From the human T2T-CHM13v2.0 reference genome, Homo sapiens, in assembly GCF_009914755.1 (NCBI RefSeq), contig NC_060929.1: a stretch of DNA of 64,000 bases; one strand, given 5' to 3'. The notes beneath the pieces were generated by a model, which did no database searches, was not told the origin of the DNA, and saw only the letters and a list, made by a program, of their open reading frames with translations. Both the position numbers and the translations under genes were made by a program. Shown in pieces: positions 14,715-28,729 of the stretch (the first letter of the stretch is position 1; each line of letters begins with the position of its first letter).

Positions 14715-14875
14715 CCTGCCATCCATTCCCAAATCCAAGGATCCAGAGTCCTCAGCCTGCCATCCATTCCCAAATCCAAGGATCCAGAGTCCTCAGCCTG
14801 CCATCCATTCCCAAGTCCAAGGATCCAGAGTCCTCAGCCTGCCATCCATTCCCAAATCCAAGGATCCAAAGTCCT
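14715..14875 (+). repeat. 41-bp minisatellite, ~3.9 copies
   Basis: Unit cctgccatccattcccaaatccaaggatccagagtcctcag starting at 14715, 14756, 14797 and 14838. Confidence 0.97.
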
Positions 14876-16155
14876 GGGGATCCTAGGCACTGAAAAATCA
14901 GCAGACTTCAGCTGCCCCCCTCCTCTGCACTTCCTGGGATGCCAGGCCCTCGGCCGGTGGCCCGTCAGACTCTGGGGTCACTGGTTCACAGTGATCACCC
15001 CTGAGTAGCAAGATGGATTCTCGGAGCCCTTTTCCATCTTTATCTCAAAGTTATGCTTCTTTATCTTTATGCATACACAATTTTCCACAATGAGCCTACC
15101 ACTTTTCAAATAGGAAAAATAAGAGTCAAAAATGAGTTAATAAATAAATATAATGAAGTCAGCCCTCCTTGGCAATACAGATATTCTGTAACAAGGTCAG
15201 ATGGAAGAATGTGGTGTATCAGAGGGGGAATAACCCCAGCAATTTCCTGAATTCCTCATGGTTGGGCTTGTTTATTACCAAAAAGCAGTCATTGAGAAAC
15301 AAGTGTATATCTCTGTTGAAATCCCCATTTTCTGTGAACAAATTGACAACTCCCCTGGGATGATGGGTGATGGGGCTCTTAATATGTTTTTGAATTTGTA
15401 ATAAGGCACAACGACAGATGGTAAAGGATTAATAAACTTGGCGTGACTACTAAAATAATTGAATCTGCCAGAAAATAGCTCATTAAAAATGTATTTGTTC
15501 CTAGAGGACATTTTTTCCTCATTAAAGTGAGTCAAGGATCAGCCTCGTGGATCAGCCTTCCAGGCCTTCCAAAGGCCCTGCTGGGGCAAGTGAGCAGGAA
15601 CCAGGAGCCCGGGAGGGTCTCTCTGGAGTTCTGCCTCCTAAATCCTGGTTGCAGAGGGAGAGCACAGATGATTGAGAATAAGCAGGCTGTGGCTGAGGAA
15701 GTCACTGGTCTGAAAGCTTTTGGGTGGTGAGGCCAGGAAATTTAACCTGTGCTCACATAAGTCTGATTTCCCTTGGCCCAGACTCTGCTCCTCAGACTCT
15801 CTCCCTCTTCCTTCCTTTACCTCCCGTCCCAGGTCAGCTTTCTCTCCCTCTGCGTTTCCAGTTCCCTGTGACCTTCTGGGTCCCCTCCTCCCATCTCCCT
15901 TCTGCTGCTCTGCCTGTTCCTGGAAGTGGGAGTGGGAGGGAGAGTTTTCTCTCTGAGTCTCCCTTTATATCTTTGAATAGTGAACCATTACACTATTCAA
16001 GTGCAATTAAATAGTTTCTAAGCCCCACCCAACAAGGCTGAGTGACTCTGGGCCCTCCCCCTGGGATTGAGCAAAGGAGCAGAGAGGCCCTTGTCAGCCA
16101 CCAGCTTCCTGCCAGGCTCAGCTTCCCAGGCCTCTGATGGGCTTTCCCTTTACAG

Positions 16156-16260
16156 TGTGGAGTCGGTTGGGCTGGAGATGGCTATATCTGTGGAAAGGAT
16201 GTGGACATCGACAGTTACCCCGACGAAGAACTGCCATGCTCTGCCAGGAACTGTAAAAAG
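16156..16260 (+). CDS. THBS4: Thrombospondin-4 exon 11
   Basis: ttacag|TGTGGA...AAAAAG|gtaagg; 105 nt; [35 protein letters not shown]. Confidence 0.97.
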
Positions 16261-16492
16261 GTAAGGGGTGTGGGGTGGCAGTAGGCACACATGCACTGTG
16301 GCTTTCCAAAGTCACATCTTCTATGGGGAGAGGTTCTGTGGATCTAATTTAAAATTGTACTTGTAAAGTAGCTGCATCTCAGAGGAAGTGAAACAGCCAC
16401 CAACAATAAAGCCACAGTGTCTTGAGGTCAGAAACAGTTACTGGCTTAACACAAATGTAGGATGTCACTCGGAACTGCATTTTCCCCCTAAG

Positions 16493-16600
16493 GACAACTG
16501 CAAATATGTGCCAAATTCTGGCCAAGAAGATGCAGACAGAGATGGCATTGGCGACGCTTGTGACGAGGATGCTGACGGAGATGGGATCCTGAATGAGCAG
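16493..16600 (+). CDS. THBS4: Thrombospondin-4 exon 12 (type 3 Ca-binding repeats)
   Basis: cctaag|GACAAC...GAGCAG|gtacct; 108 nt; [36 protein letters not shown]. Confidence 0.97.
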
Positions 16601-16870
16601 GTACCTGCTTCGCTGGGAGGGCCTGTGAATTGCCACGTACCAGGGATGATGGGAGAAAGCCTGTGATGTCAACTATGTATATGAATCATCCCAAATGTTA
16701 GTTTCCATGCCTGCATTCCACAGCACTGCAGCTTTTTACCCTATAAGATTCACAGATGTTTGAAATATAAAACTGACAAACTTGGGCCACCAGAGTGCTG
16801 ATGCTTCACAACAATGGAGGAAGTGGATTTAGTAAAAGTCTGAGTGATGTTCTGTCCTTTCATCTTTTAG

Positions 16871-17030
16871 GATAACTGTGTCCTGATTCATAATGTGGAC
16901 CAAAGGAACAGCGATAAAGATATCTTTGGGGATGCCTGTGATAACTGCCTGAGTGTCTTAAATAACGACCAGAAAGACACCGATGGGGATGGAAGAGGAG
17001 ATGCCTGTGATGATGACATGGATGGAGATG
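16871..17030 (+). CDS. THBS4: Thrombospondin-4 exon 13 (type 3 repeats, RGD)
   Basis: ttttag|GATAAC...GATG|gtagat; 160 nt; [17 protein letters not shown]...[14 protein letters not shown]. Confidence 0.97.
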
Positions 17031-17495
17031 GTAGATTTATCTTGCTTTTGTCTTTTATTTGGAATTCAGTTGACCTTGTTCCATTGTTCTCTGAGAGAGT
17101 AGGAATAGAATGACTGATTCGGAGCCTTCCAGCTGTGGGTGGCTCATTGTGGCCTGCATCTGGAAGACCCAAGGTGGACTTGTGTCTATGGAAGGAGACC
17201 CCACAGCCCACTCCACTACCTAATGGCTCTGGATGTTTCCAGGACTCTGTATCATTGCCAGAAACTTTGTATGACCCCTTCAAGCAGTGTCTTGTCAGAG
17301 TGTGTCTTTATGGGGTATCTCCCTTCCCATTTCTACCTGTCCTCACTCTCCACTATCCTTTCTACATGTGAGAGACCCAGAAGTGGAGAACTGAATGAGA
17401 AGGCATTGAGCAGGGTCACAGACTATGCATCACAGGCTACACATCCCATTGTGGGCCCTTGAAGGAAAAACCTTTTTGAAATACCACCTGCCCCA

Positions 17496-17498
17496 ACA

Positions 17499-17540
<42 letters not shown>
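17496..17540 (+). repeat. (CA)n microsatellite
   Basis: Interrupted CA run in intron 13. Confidence 0.95.
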
Positions 17541-17541
<1 letters not shown>

Positions 17542-17611
17542 CACTCCAGAACATGCACACCCCCCTAAAACATGACCTCACCTTCTGCAAGCCTAACTGA
17601 TGACCCATTTC

Positions 17612-17786
17612 CAGTGGTATATGCTGGTAAGCAAATCACAGAAAGCCCTAGTTGGTAGCATTTTCCAGTTTCCATGATGTAACTCCGCATTGTCCTCATT
17701 GCTGATTTCAAGCTACCAATGTGACATCATCAAACACAAAACTGAAAAGAGAGGGACACAATGGACCCAGCTCCAGCACAACACTG
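17612..17786. mobile_element. MER63-like hAT element
   Basis: cagtggtatatgctggtaa...gatttcaagctaccaatgtgac...ccagcacaacactg with inverted termini. Confidence 0.6.
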
Positions 17787-18127
17787 CCTAGAGCCCTAGG
17801 GTCTCAGTCATAGCTCAGATACCCACGAGATCCTCCCTCTCCAGGGTCAGCCATACAGCCATCATGATCCCCTCCTCGTGGTTGCTATCATAGCCCTTGA
17901 CATCTTGGACAAATTAGAATTCAGTCGATAAATACCTCTGAGAGCTGTTCATTTTTAAGTCTCCCAGAATCCGTCCTTTGAAGCTACCTCTGGATAACTG
18001 CAGAAAAGGGTAGTCTCTGTGTGACACTGGCCCAGGCAGAAGCGACTCACCATGCGCCTGATCTCTCCAGCACCTAGAAGAAGTCAGTGACATTCCCCTG
18101 ACTCAAGGTAGCATTTCTTTCTCACAG

Positions 18128-18246
18128 GAATAAAAAACATTCTGGACAACTGCCCAAAATTTCCCAATCGTGACCAACGGGACAAGGATGGTGATGGTGT
18201 GGGGGATGCCTGTGACAGTTGTCCTGATGTCAGCAACCCTAACCAG
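18128..18246 (+). CDS. THBS4: Thrombospondin-4 exon 14 (type 3 repeats)
   Basis: tcacag|GAATAA...AACCAG|gttagt; 119 nt; [40 protein letters not shown]. Confidence 0.97.
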
Positions 18247-19124
18247 GTTAGTAGGATACTGGGGAATTCAAACTCCAGGCTGAATTCCTCTATGCAAAGA
18301 CTCATTTAAGACGGGTGTCTAGAAAAACAGCAGAGCCTCTTAGCTGTTGCCACTTACCTAACAAAGCAGAGGTGGAAAAATGACACACTGTGGGCCTGAA
18401 GATGGTGGGATGAACACCACACAAGATCTGAAGCCCTAGGGACTATCTCCCAGGCTGTCGATTGCCTGTGAGGTTAGTAACACGAACTTCATGATGCTCA
18501 ATACAAGTATTTTTCCTGCAGAAAGGAAAACGGAGCATGGAAATTAACCATTGGGAGCCTTGTGTCCCTTTAGTCCCTAAACCCCTACACAGCCTATGTA
18601 TGGACATTTCAGATTAAGTTCAGCCAGGGATGTGTTGCATCTCCCTTCTCACTCCTCCTCCCTGTCTGGATAATTGGGTATGATGTGTCATTTATTTTTA
18701 AAGCCCTGAGAGAGGGGAGTCATGGTTGCCCTCTGTGACTCACTCATGATTTTGGCCAAATTGCAAATTGCAGAAGCAAAGCAAAATCAACCTGCCTTCT
18801 CCCCATGCCTATGGCTGGCTCCCTGTGACCCGTGCCAGAGTTCCATGCCTCCACCTGCCACCATGCTACCCCAGCGCCCCTTTCCAATCAGCTCATCTGG
18901 TGTGTGGGCAGCCCATCCATGTAGCTTGATATTTTAGAAGGCTTTTTTGAAAATTCAGCATTGTGCCTACACCAATATGGTGTTGTCCTTTTGCAGTTTT
19001 GCACCACCCCGGTTCCAGAGAAATAATTCCCCAAATCCAATGATGATGGGTGAGGTCTGCCTTCTCTGGAACATTCGGTACATGCAGGCCCAGGAATAAA
19101 TAACATGTGCTGTTCTCTTTGCAG

Positions 19125-19534
<410 letters not shown>

Positions 19535-20476
19535 GGAGAGGGTTTTAAATTTCAGAACTTCCTGCTGCTCCATTCCTTGGGATCTTTCTGGGTGGACTGA
19601 GCTGCTGGTGGGATAATAGCCCTGCCTCTGGTCAGAATTACCATGAAAATTCTCCCTGAAAGTTCTGTATAGGGTATAACGGTGTCAGAATAGGTTACTA
19701 GGCACTCCAGCAAGTGAGATCTATTTCAGGAGAGGTAATATAGCATCATGCTTCACAGATGGGCTCTGGAATAAGACAGCTAGATATAAATTTCAGCTCC
19801 TTCTCTTACATGCCAGCTAACCTTAGGCAAATTACCTAATACTTTTGCCTCAATTTTCTCATCTGTAAAATGAGGATGACAATAGATCTAGCTCATAGGA
19901 CCATCGTGAAGATTGAGTTGATCCATGGAAAGTGCTCATTATGGTTTCTGTTATATACATAGCACTCAATAGACATTAGCTCTTTTATTTTTATATTCTT
20001 TCAGCTCAGGAAAACTTCACCATCATCCCAAAATAGAAGGCTGTCAGTTTGCTGAGGGATTGCTATTATTTCCTGGTCCTTGAAATTTTTTTAATTCAGT
20101 TTTCCTTATTTAAGTGGAATTGTTCTGTGGAAGTGAGTTTTGTGAACCCTCCTAGCTCAACACGATGGAGTCCCACATTAAGACTCAAGGCTGGATCAAC
20201 TGATCAGATTCTGGAAGAACATCACCAAAAACAGACGTGTGTCACTCAGCCCTAGCGGCACCTGCAACCCAAGGTTCTAAACCCTTTTGTCTCCATAGGG
20301 AATTCTTACAAAGGCAGCCAGGACAAGGATGAGAGGGAAAGGATTCTAAAAGAGAAAGCAAAAAAAGATGCAATTTCTCTCCTGATACCTGGATCAGAGG
20401 TTGCCCTGCAGAAAACCAGTTCCTGACCCAAACCTTACTCAAGGACAGCTCCTATGAAGCCACAGCTCTCTCTCTC

Positions 20477-20728
20477 TTTTTTTTTTTTTTTGAGATGGAG
20501 TCTTGCTCTGTCACCCAGGCTGGCGTGATCTCGGCTCACTGCAACCTCCACCTCCTGGGTTCAAGCAATTCTCATGCCTCAGACTCCCACGTACCTGGGA
20601 TTACAGGTGTGTGCCACCATGCTGGCTAATTTTTGTATTTTTAGTAGAGACAGAGTTTCACCATGTTGGCCAGGCTGGTCTCGAACTCCTGGCCTCAAGT
20701 GATCCACCTGCCTCATCCTCCCAAAGTG
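20477..20728 (-). mobile_element. AluS, truncated
   Basis: Poly-T then gagatggagtcttgctc...cccaaagtg. Confidence 0.9.
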
Positions 20729-20773
20729 TGCATCTCTTTCATTATGCTCTGTGTCCTTGCTGCAAAGTACATA

Positions 20774-21100
20774 TAGTCATCCCTCAGTGTCCCAGGGTAT
20801 TGGTCCCAGGATACCCCTCTGCCCCCAGGATACCAAAATCCTCAAATACTCAAGTCCCTTATATAAAATGATGTAATATCTGCATATAACCTATACCTGT
20901 CCTCCTATATGCTTTAAAAATCCTCTCTAGATTACTTAATACCTAATACAATGTAAATGCTAGGTAAATAGTTATTATACTGCATTGGTTTCTTATTTGT
21001 ATTTTTTTGGTGTTATTTTTTATTGTTCTTTTTCAAATCTTTTCAATCCTCAGTTGGTTGAATCTGCGGATACGGAACCGCGGATACAGAGGCCTGACTG
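20774..21100. mobile_element. MER2 (Tigger family) DNA transposon
   Basis: Inverted termini tagtcatccctc / gaggcctgactg flanked by TA; internal caagtcccttatataaaatg. Confidence 0.8.
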
Positions 21101-22704
21101 TACTAGCTAAGTGAACTTAAACATATTTCCCAGTCTCTTCACATCTCAACTTCTTCATCTGCAAAGAGGAGATAAATAAATGCATCGCACAGGTTATGGT
21201 GAAAAATCAAGATAATGTAGGTAAAGCTCCCGGCACAGTGCTGGCCCAAGGGTGACATGCAGAAAACAGGGGCCGTGTTATTATTGGTATCACAGTACAA
21301 GGAAAGGCACATCAGCAACAGAGCCTGACATCAGATGTCCCTCTCCTCTTCCGAGAGGAAGGTGGGACTGTATCCTGACAACTGCCCTAAATGATGTGCG
21401 TCAAGAATGTTCCCTGGTGCAGGTCATCTTGCACTCTGACTACTATCTACATTAATTTCTAAAATATCCTGTCCCACCAGCCTCTAGATATTTGCCCAAA
21501 ACAAATGACTCATTCTGCTATGTTTTAATTCCCACAAAGTTGAACCTTGGAGAAGAGGATAGGAACTGCTTGTTTTTGCATAAAAATGTTCAGGGCTACA
21601 TAGAACGGCTGCTAATGGAAATAGCTCAGTCTTGTGTTTTATAAAGCAGACCTGCTGCATGCACAGGGATTCTGCTGTTTGAGCCACATCATTTTCTGCT
21701 TGTCAAGGCTGACTTCACTTTCACTGGACCCTTTCTGTCCCCCTGTACCATGTGGTAGGTGTGGCCCTAGAGCATGGTCTGGTCCCTGGCTTCCCTCTCC
21801 AAAAGGGTGCAGGGGCAGCTCCTGGCCCAGGACAGGCCGCAGGTGGACCAGGTCTAAAGGAGTGCTCATTCTTTTCCAGAGTAACCATGAGAGGTCTCAG
21901 ACTCCAGGACACCTCTTGGAGGCAGGGCAGACTCATCTTCAGGTGGCCCCTCAGCCCAGAAAGTCAGGTGGACAGAGAAGGAGAGTTCTGAGAAGTCCTT
22001 TAGACCAGCACTGAGCCCGGCCTACACACTCTCCTCGAGAAGGCGTGGCCCTGTTCACTTTGCCCTTCTCCCCATGGCGTTCAGGTCTGAATCCTCATTG
22101 GATCCACTAGCCAGGGATTGTGAAGAGTAATATAACGGAAAACACTGTAGGGCTTCCTAAGAGTCAGCACTTTTTCATATATTGAAATTTAATATGCAAC
22201 ATTCTGATTTTCATCATTTAATCTCCATAACAACTCTATGAGGTAGGTACTATTCTCATTTTACAGATGAGGACACTGAGCCATAGAGAGGTCAGGTGTC
22301 ATGCCTGAGGTCACACGCTGGGCACAGTGGCTGAGCCAGGATTTACACTGAGGCTGTCTGGTTCCACTGCCTGTCATTGTTCCCCTCACACATCCTCTGA
22401 GTTGAGTATCATCTAGCAGTTCCCAGGGACTGACTGATAGGAGCATCTGGTCATAAATCATAGAAATAGACCCTTATCTTCTTTAGTAGGAAATGACTCA
22501 CTTGTTTTAAGAGGTTGGGGATGGGAAAATTGTCTCTGAGGCCCATAGGGCAGCCTTATCTAAGGGAATGACCCCAGTGGGTTTGATTTTAAGAGCCAAC
22601 CCTGGTTTAAAAAAAACCTCAAGCACAGACTCTCCTTCCTAAAAATGGATCCTTCCTGTTCCCTGCTGAACTGTGAGCCACATCACCTGTCCTTTCTCCT
22701 GCAG

Positions 22705-22898
22705 TGATGGAGATGGGCACCAGGACAGCACAGACAACTGCCCCACCGTCATTAACAGTGCCCAGCTGGACACCGATAAGGATGGAATTGGTGACGAGTG
22801 TGATGATGATGATGACAATGATGGTATCCCAGACCTGGTGCCCCCTGGACCAGACAACTGCCGGCTGGTCCCCAACCCAGCCCAGGAGGATAGCAACA
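22705..22898 (+). CDS. THBS4: Thrombospondin-4 exon 16 (type 3 repeats)
   Basis: ctgcag|TGATGG...AACA|gtaagc; 194 nt; [22 protein letters not shown]...PAQEDSN. Confidence 0.97.
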
Positions 22899-23898
22899 GT
22901 AAGCAGGCTCAGCCCAGAGCTGCACAGCACCCCTGGGCTCCCTTCAGCCAGGCACATGGGGGCACGCCTCTCTCCAGGCACCAACTCAGAATATCCCCAG
23001 CTCCCATCAGCTGCTTCTCTACACCCAGCTTCTCTGCATAGCTGCAGCTTGTGTGGACAGCAGATATCTGGTAGACACCAGTCTCCAACTCAGTCAGGAC
23101 TGAGCTGCTTTGCATCTTCCTGAACAACCCTAGGATGCCATCACACAGGTCAGGGAAGCAGCCACACACTGTGGCTCAGTCCCCAAAGGGCTTGGAGAGC
23201 TGCTCCACCATCTTACCTGTCACCTGCCACCTTCCACTGGGAGTCCCAGAAAAGGAGCAGGATAGAGAGAATGGCACAGTAGAAGTGGTATATGCTGGGT
23301 TCACAAACACAGATGCCTGCAGGTGCCAGGCAGATAAGAAAATGTCTGCACCAAGCCAGACATGAGACAGCAGGGAGTGTTGGGGACTGAAGTGACCTGG
23401 AGAGGGCATGCCCATCCACAGCAGTGCACATGCAAAAATGCCAGCACGTTAGCTGAACAACACACACGTGGGGGCCACCAGAAGTTAGTGTTAGAGATAT
23501 TCTGGTAACAATAATTTCCCTGTTTTCTACACATTACAGTCCAGAAAGTGCTGTAGACATTTGCTTATGTGAGGTCAAGCTTAAGATCCACCAGTTGGTG
23601 AACTCAACTGTAGGTAATAAGAACTTCTTGAGGACAGAGTGGAGGGCAACTGCTCAAATTGATCTTTCAAAAAACTCTGGGAGGACTGGCCTGGTCACCC
23701 AGTACAAGGACTCCAGAATGGGGCCTGGCACCAGCTCAGACATGTCCCCAGGGCTCCTCTCCCAACACTGATGGGAAATCATGGCCCTGGTTGTGGGAGC
23801 TTGAGCCCTTCTGTTCCTCATGCAGCCCCCTTCCCTGCCAAGGAGTGGCGGTGGGTGTGAGCGCTATTGAGCTCCTGTCCTTTCTCCACCCCACTCAG

Positions 23899-24077
23899 GC
23901 GACGGAGTGGGAGACATCTGTGAGTCTGACTTTGACCAGGACCAGGTCATCGATCGGATCGACGTCTGCCCAGAGAACGCAGAGGTCACCCTGACCGACT
24001 TCAGGGCTTACCAGACCGTGGTCCTGGATCCTGAAGGGGATGCCCAGATCGATCCCAACTGGGTGGTCCTGAACCAG
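23899..24077 (+). CDS. THBS4: Thrombospondin-4 exon 17
   Basis: actcag|GCGACG...AACCAG|gtgagt; 179 nt; [29 protein letters not shown]...PNWVVLNQ. Confidence 0.97.
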
Positions 24078-24770
24078 GTGAGTGTCACATGGGCGGCAAT
24101 GGCTCAGCCTTGCCTCTCAACAGAGGCCCTTCTGATAGTGGTAGGTCATGTTTAGAGGGTGCAGACAATAAGCCAGGCATTCTTCACATTCGCTCTTATT
24201 CCTCAACAGCCCTATGACAGACTACTTCAATTATGCCCATTTTACAGAGGATGAAATTGTCTGCTACAGCTTTCATGATTGTAGCAGCTTTAATGATGGT
24301 AGCACTGTGGTAAGTAGCTGAGATGACTGGAATTGGGACCCAGGCAGTCTGACCCTAGAACCCACACTTCTGATCTCTGCAGCAGACTGCCTTCTGCATA
24401 TCCTCCTCATTGTGTAACTAAGAAGTGCAGGCACAGAGAGGCTTAGTAGATTTTCCAGAGTCACAGAGCAAGTCACATTGATTAGAAGTATATGTTGTAT
24501 GCTCCCCAGTTAAGGGCCTGTCCAATCAGCTTAAGTGACAGTCTCAGCAAACTTATTTCTATTCAGCTTTGAGCTTTTTTTTAACCTTTACAAGCACATG
24601 CTTTCTTTGAGCACATAACACAATAGAGCAACTATTTCAGATAATGAAATCTTTATATGGAGGTCAGACATCACTGGCCACTCACTCATATGGTGCCTGA
24701 GGTTTTGAGCTTCCTTAAGGTTACTTGGCCCCTTCAAGACTGTTCTGAACTCCCTCAACTCTCTCTGCAG

Positions 24771-24819
24771 GGCATGGAGATTGTACAGACCATGAACAGT
24801 GATCCTGGCCTGGCAGTGG
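24771..24819 (+). CDS. THBS4: Thrombospondin-4 exon 18 (C-terminal lectin-like domain)
   Basis: ctgcag|GGCATG...GTGG|gtatgt; 49 nt; GMEIVQTMNSDPGLAV; followed by a 92-nt intron. Confidence 0.96.
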
Positions 24820-24892
24820 GTATGTCCAGGGCCTCAGTTGCCACTCACATAGAATTCTTCCAGCTACTAGTGTGGTTTGTCTATTGTTCTAA

Positions 24893-25120
<228 letters not shown>

Positions 25121-25754
25121 TGAAGTCATTCATCTCCCTTTCTTCTGGACCTCTCATCTTTTTTCAGATATTGTGTTTTCCCATGTGGTACTTAGTTAAT
25201 CTAAAAAAAATTGATGCATTTATGCTAACGTTAGAGTCAGGGAAGACTACAGTTGACCCTTGCCTTCATTCCTGTGTGCCAGCTACATTCTAACCTCTCA
25301 TGGTGGGAATCCCAGCCTACATGAGGTCAGAGAGAGGGAAGGTTTAGAGTGCATCTTCAGGCACACTGTGTTGGAAACTGGCTAATAAATTTCATCGATA
25401 GGTCCAACTTTGTACAGGAGGGCTGATGGGCTACTTCTGTCACTCCTGCTAGGACACAAGGCTGACTTAAGTAGCCAGACGTTTGATAGGAGCCCTCATT
25501 GGGCAAATGTAGGGAGCAATGGATGTGCAGCAGGAACAAACATGGAATGTGTAATGGAATACTGGGCAAGGCTTAGTAGTAAAAGGTTGGGGTCACCTCC
25601 ACAGAAATGACATTTAAGTGTTTATGCTTTGTTCTGAATCCAAGGCAGCCGGATTATAACCATGACTATAACCTGGATCATCACTTCAGATCCAGGAAGC
25701 AGGAAGGGTGGTGCCTGTGTCCTGTCCTAAAACCTTGCTTGTGTCATCATGCAG

Positions 25755-25927
25755 GCTGTGAAGTCTAAGACAGGTCCAGGGGAGCATCTCCGGAACTCCC
25801 TGTGGCACACGGGGGACACCAGTGACCAGGTCAGGCTGCTGTGGAAGGACTCCAGGAATGTGGGCTGGAAGGACAAGGTGTCCTACCGCTGGTTCCTACA
25901 GCACAGGCCCCAGGTGGGCTACATCAG
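25755..25927 (+). CDS. THBS4: Thrombospondin-4 exon 20
   Basis: atgcag|GCTGTG...ATCAG|gtaggt; 173 nt; [20 protein letters not shown]...PQVGYI. Confidence 0.97.
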
Positions 25928-26413
25928 GTAGGTAGAGGCCCCATCTCCTTACCTTGCTCTAGAAGCAAAGCATTCTCCGTTCTGCATCCCAGAGCCTTCA
26001 TTTCCCTGAGCAATTCTGACCTAGGATAGTCCCCAAGGACATGCCAGGACTTTTGTGACCGCAGGATGGGGAACCTAGAAAAGAGGTGGGAGAGAAGATA
26101 TTCAGGGTCAGACCACCCGGACAGGACAGTAGGACCAAGATGGGGATAGAAGGAGCAGAGCTGAGGGGACGACCCAGCGTTGTGGGGTTGGTGCATTTGG
26201 ATGGCTGTGCCCTTCTGCCATGCTCTGCAGAGAAGCCTGAGGGTGGACATGCCAATCAGTATGAGGTAAGAGGTGTGGCAGGGTCTCTTCTCCACACCCT
26301 CCCCTGTGGCACCTCTGGGCCCTGTGTAATCACTTACTAGTGCACATTTCACCCTGACTGCAGCACTATGTCCCTTACAGTCTGTCTTCCCTGCTGGATC
26401 ACAAACTGCATGA

Positions 26414-26735
<322 letters not shown>

Positions 26736-28255
26736 TAGCTTATTATTTTATCTTGATCTCCCCAGTGCCTAGCACAAAGCCTGACATCTACTACACGTGG
26801 CATGAACTGATCATCATGTAGGCCAAAGTAGTCTGACTTCTTTCTTTATAGGACTTTTTTGTTGTTGTTTTTTAAGTATTCTCGGGAGTTAGGAGGCTTA
26901 GGGCTGTGTCTTTGAAATGTAGATAGTGTTCTTCTTCATTTGAACTTGCAGATCAACACCCATCCTAGCCTATGTAGGATATTTAGGAAGGAGTACTGAG
27001 TGCATTCTCCTCATCAGGGCAGGAAAGCAGCCTTGTGGAAAAAAGAAAATCATGAGGGCAAATTCATGTTTTGTTTCTCTTTGTGACATTATGTCAAATG
27101 TACTCTTTTTGTCTCACAGTGAGATGATCATGTTCTCAGCCCTATTAAGCCCAATGCCCCTTTTTTATTATAAATATTTTGAAATGCCCCCTTTTCCGTC
27201 CCAAAATGGAATCATAGAAATTACAACCTACCTACACGTATAATCTAGAAAATCAATGTGAGCCCTAACAATATCATAGAGAAATAAGAATAATTTATAA
27301 CAAAATAATTTAAATATTTGAGCACAGCCACACCAGAAGACAAAATGAAACAGACACTTGCACCCATGCCTAGAATCACTACGAAGGTGACATTCTAACA
27401 GACTGTTGTGTCAGTGACTTAAATGTTTGTTACACTGGTTGATGACAGCAATGTAAATTTCTCAAATGGTACACATTTTAGAATGTTAATTTTCAAACAA
27501 ATTTTCTCAATTTACCCTGGAAAATATAGTTTATATTAAAATTTGTGCAAAATATACTTGCTGTTTACAAGTGAAAGTGAGTCAGGTTCTAGGCCCTGAT
27601 AGTTGCTCTTTACCTACCCTGGTGTCTGAGGAACACTCCAGAAGTGTATGGAATGCAGGACAGGTTTTGATTGTTCTCGCCAGGGCATTGCTCGCCATCC
27701 AGCATCCCTGGCTGCCATCACTCAGTGCCACTGTGACAACCCAAAGTGTCCCCACAGATTCCTCCAACTCTACTTAGGGAGTGCTGTCTCCTGTGGAGAA
27801 TCATTGCTCTGAGATTCCACCAAAAGATATAAATCAGACCAAAGGAAAAGCCAAAGTTTTTAAGCATGGTATCTAGACAAGGCAACTCACATGACAATAA
27901 GACACAAAACTTTCTCACTCAAGATAGCAGGTTTGGTTTGGTTTGATTTTTAACTCAAGTTTGATAGTGTGACCAACATCATGTTAGGCCTTGTGAGAGA
28001 CAGAAGTTGGGAAGAAACACCCCCCACCCCCCTCCACACACACACGGACACACACGGTCCCTGCCCTCAAGGACTTCCAGTCTAGTAAGTAAGTGGCAAC
28101 AGCTACAGTACAATCCAGGTCAGCGAAAAATGGAGCCTAAAACAGAGCAAAGAAAGACGCAGGTACGTATAAGAAGTGGGGCCCCTGGGCCTCACAGTGG
28201 GCACTTTACCCCGGGTTGGATTTCATGGAGGCCCCTCCGGCCGTGTTGTCCGCAG

Positions 28256-28395
28256 GGTACGATTTTATGAAGGCTCTGAGTTGGTGGCTGACTCTGGCGT
28301 CACCATAGACACCACAATGCGTGGAGGCCGACTTGGCGTTTTCTGCTTCTCTCAAGAAAACATCATCTGGTCCAACCTCAAGTATCGCTGCAATG
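28256..28395 (+). CDS. THBS4: Thrombospondin-4 exon 21
   Basis: ccgcag|GGTACG...AATG|gtaatg; 140 nt; [46 protein letters not shown]. Confidence 0.97.
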
Positions 28396-28729
28396 GTAAT
28401 GTGCATTCTCGTTACTGTTCAACATTGTTACTAGAATTAGTCAAACACTGCCACCTTATTTTTATACCGCACTTCCCCCCCAAAAGCCCAACGCTCATAC
28501 CACATAGTCATTAAAACCTGATAGTCCCTGTGTACCAGAAGTAAAAAGCAGATCGCATTTATCCTATTTTATCCATGTGGAAATTAAGACCCATAGAATT
28601 TAACTGCATGGTTTAGGGTTTGGGGTTCAGTGAGAAATCCAGTCAGATTTAATTTACAGGAAGCCTTTATTTTCATGTGGTTAAAACATAATCACAGATG
28701 CAAAATCCATTCTGCCTGCTGATTTTCTG

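Noticed and set aside
14715-14875. Regularly spaced repeats superficially like a CRISPR array
   Set aside because: Head-to-tail units with no unique spacers, in human DNA with no cas genes; a minisatellite
16388-16492. Open frame extending upstream of exon 12, with an alternative AG at 16459-16460
   Set aside because: That AG adds 32 nt (frameshift) and has no polypyrimidine tract
22802-22822. (GAT)n run
   Set aside because: Encodes the Asp-rich calcium-binding type 3 repeat in exon 16
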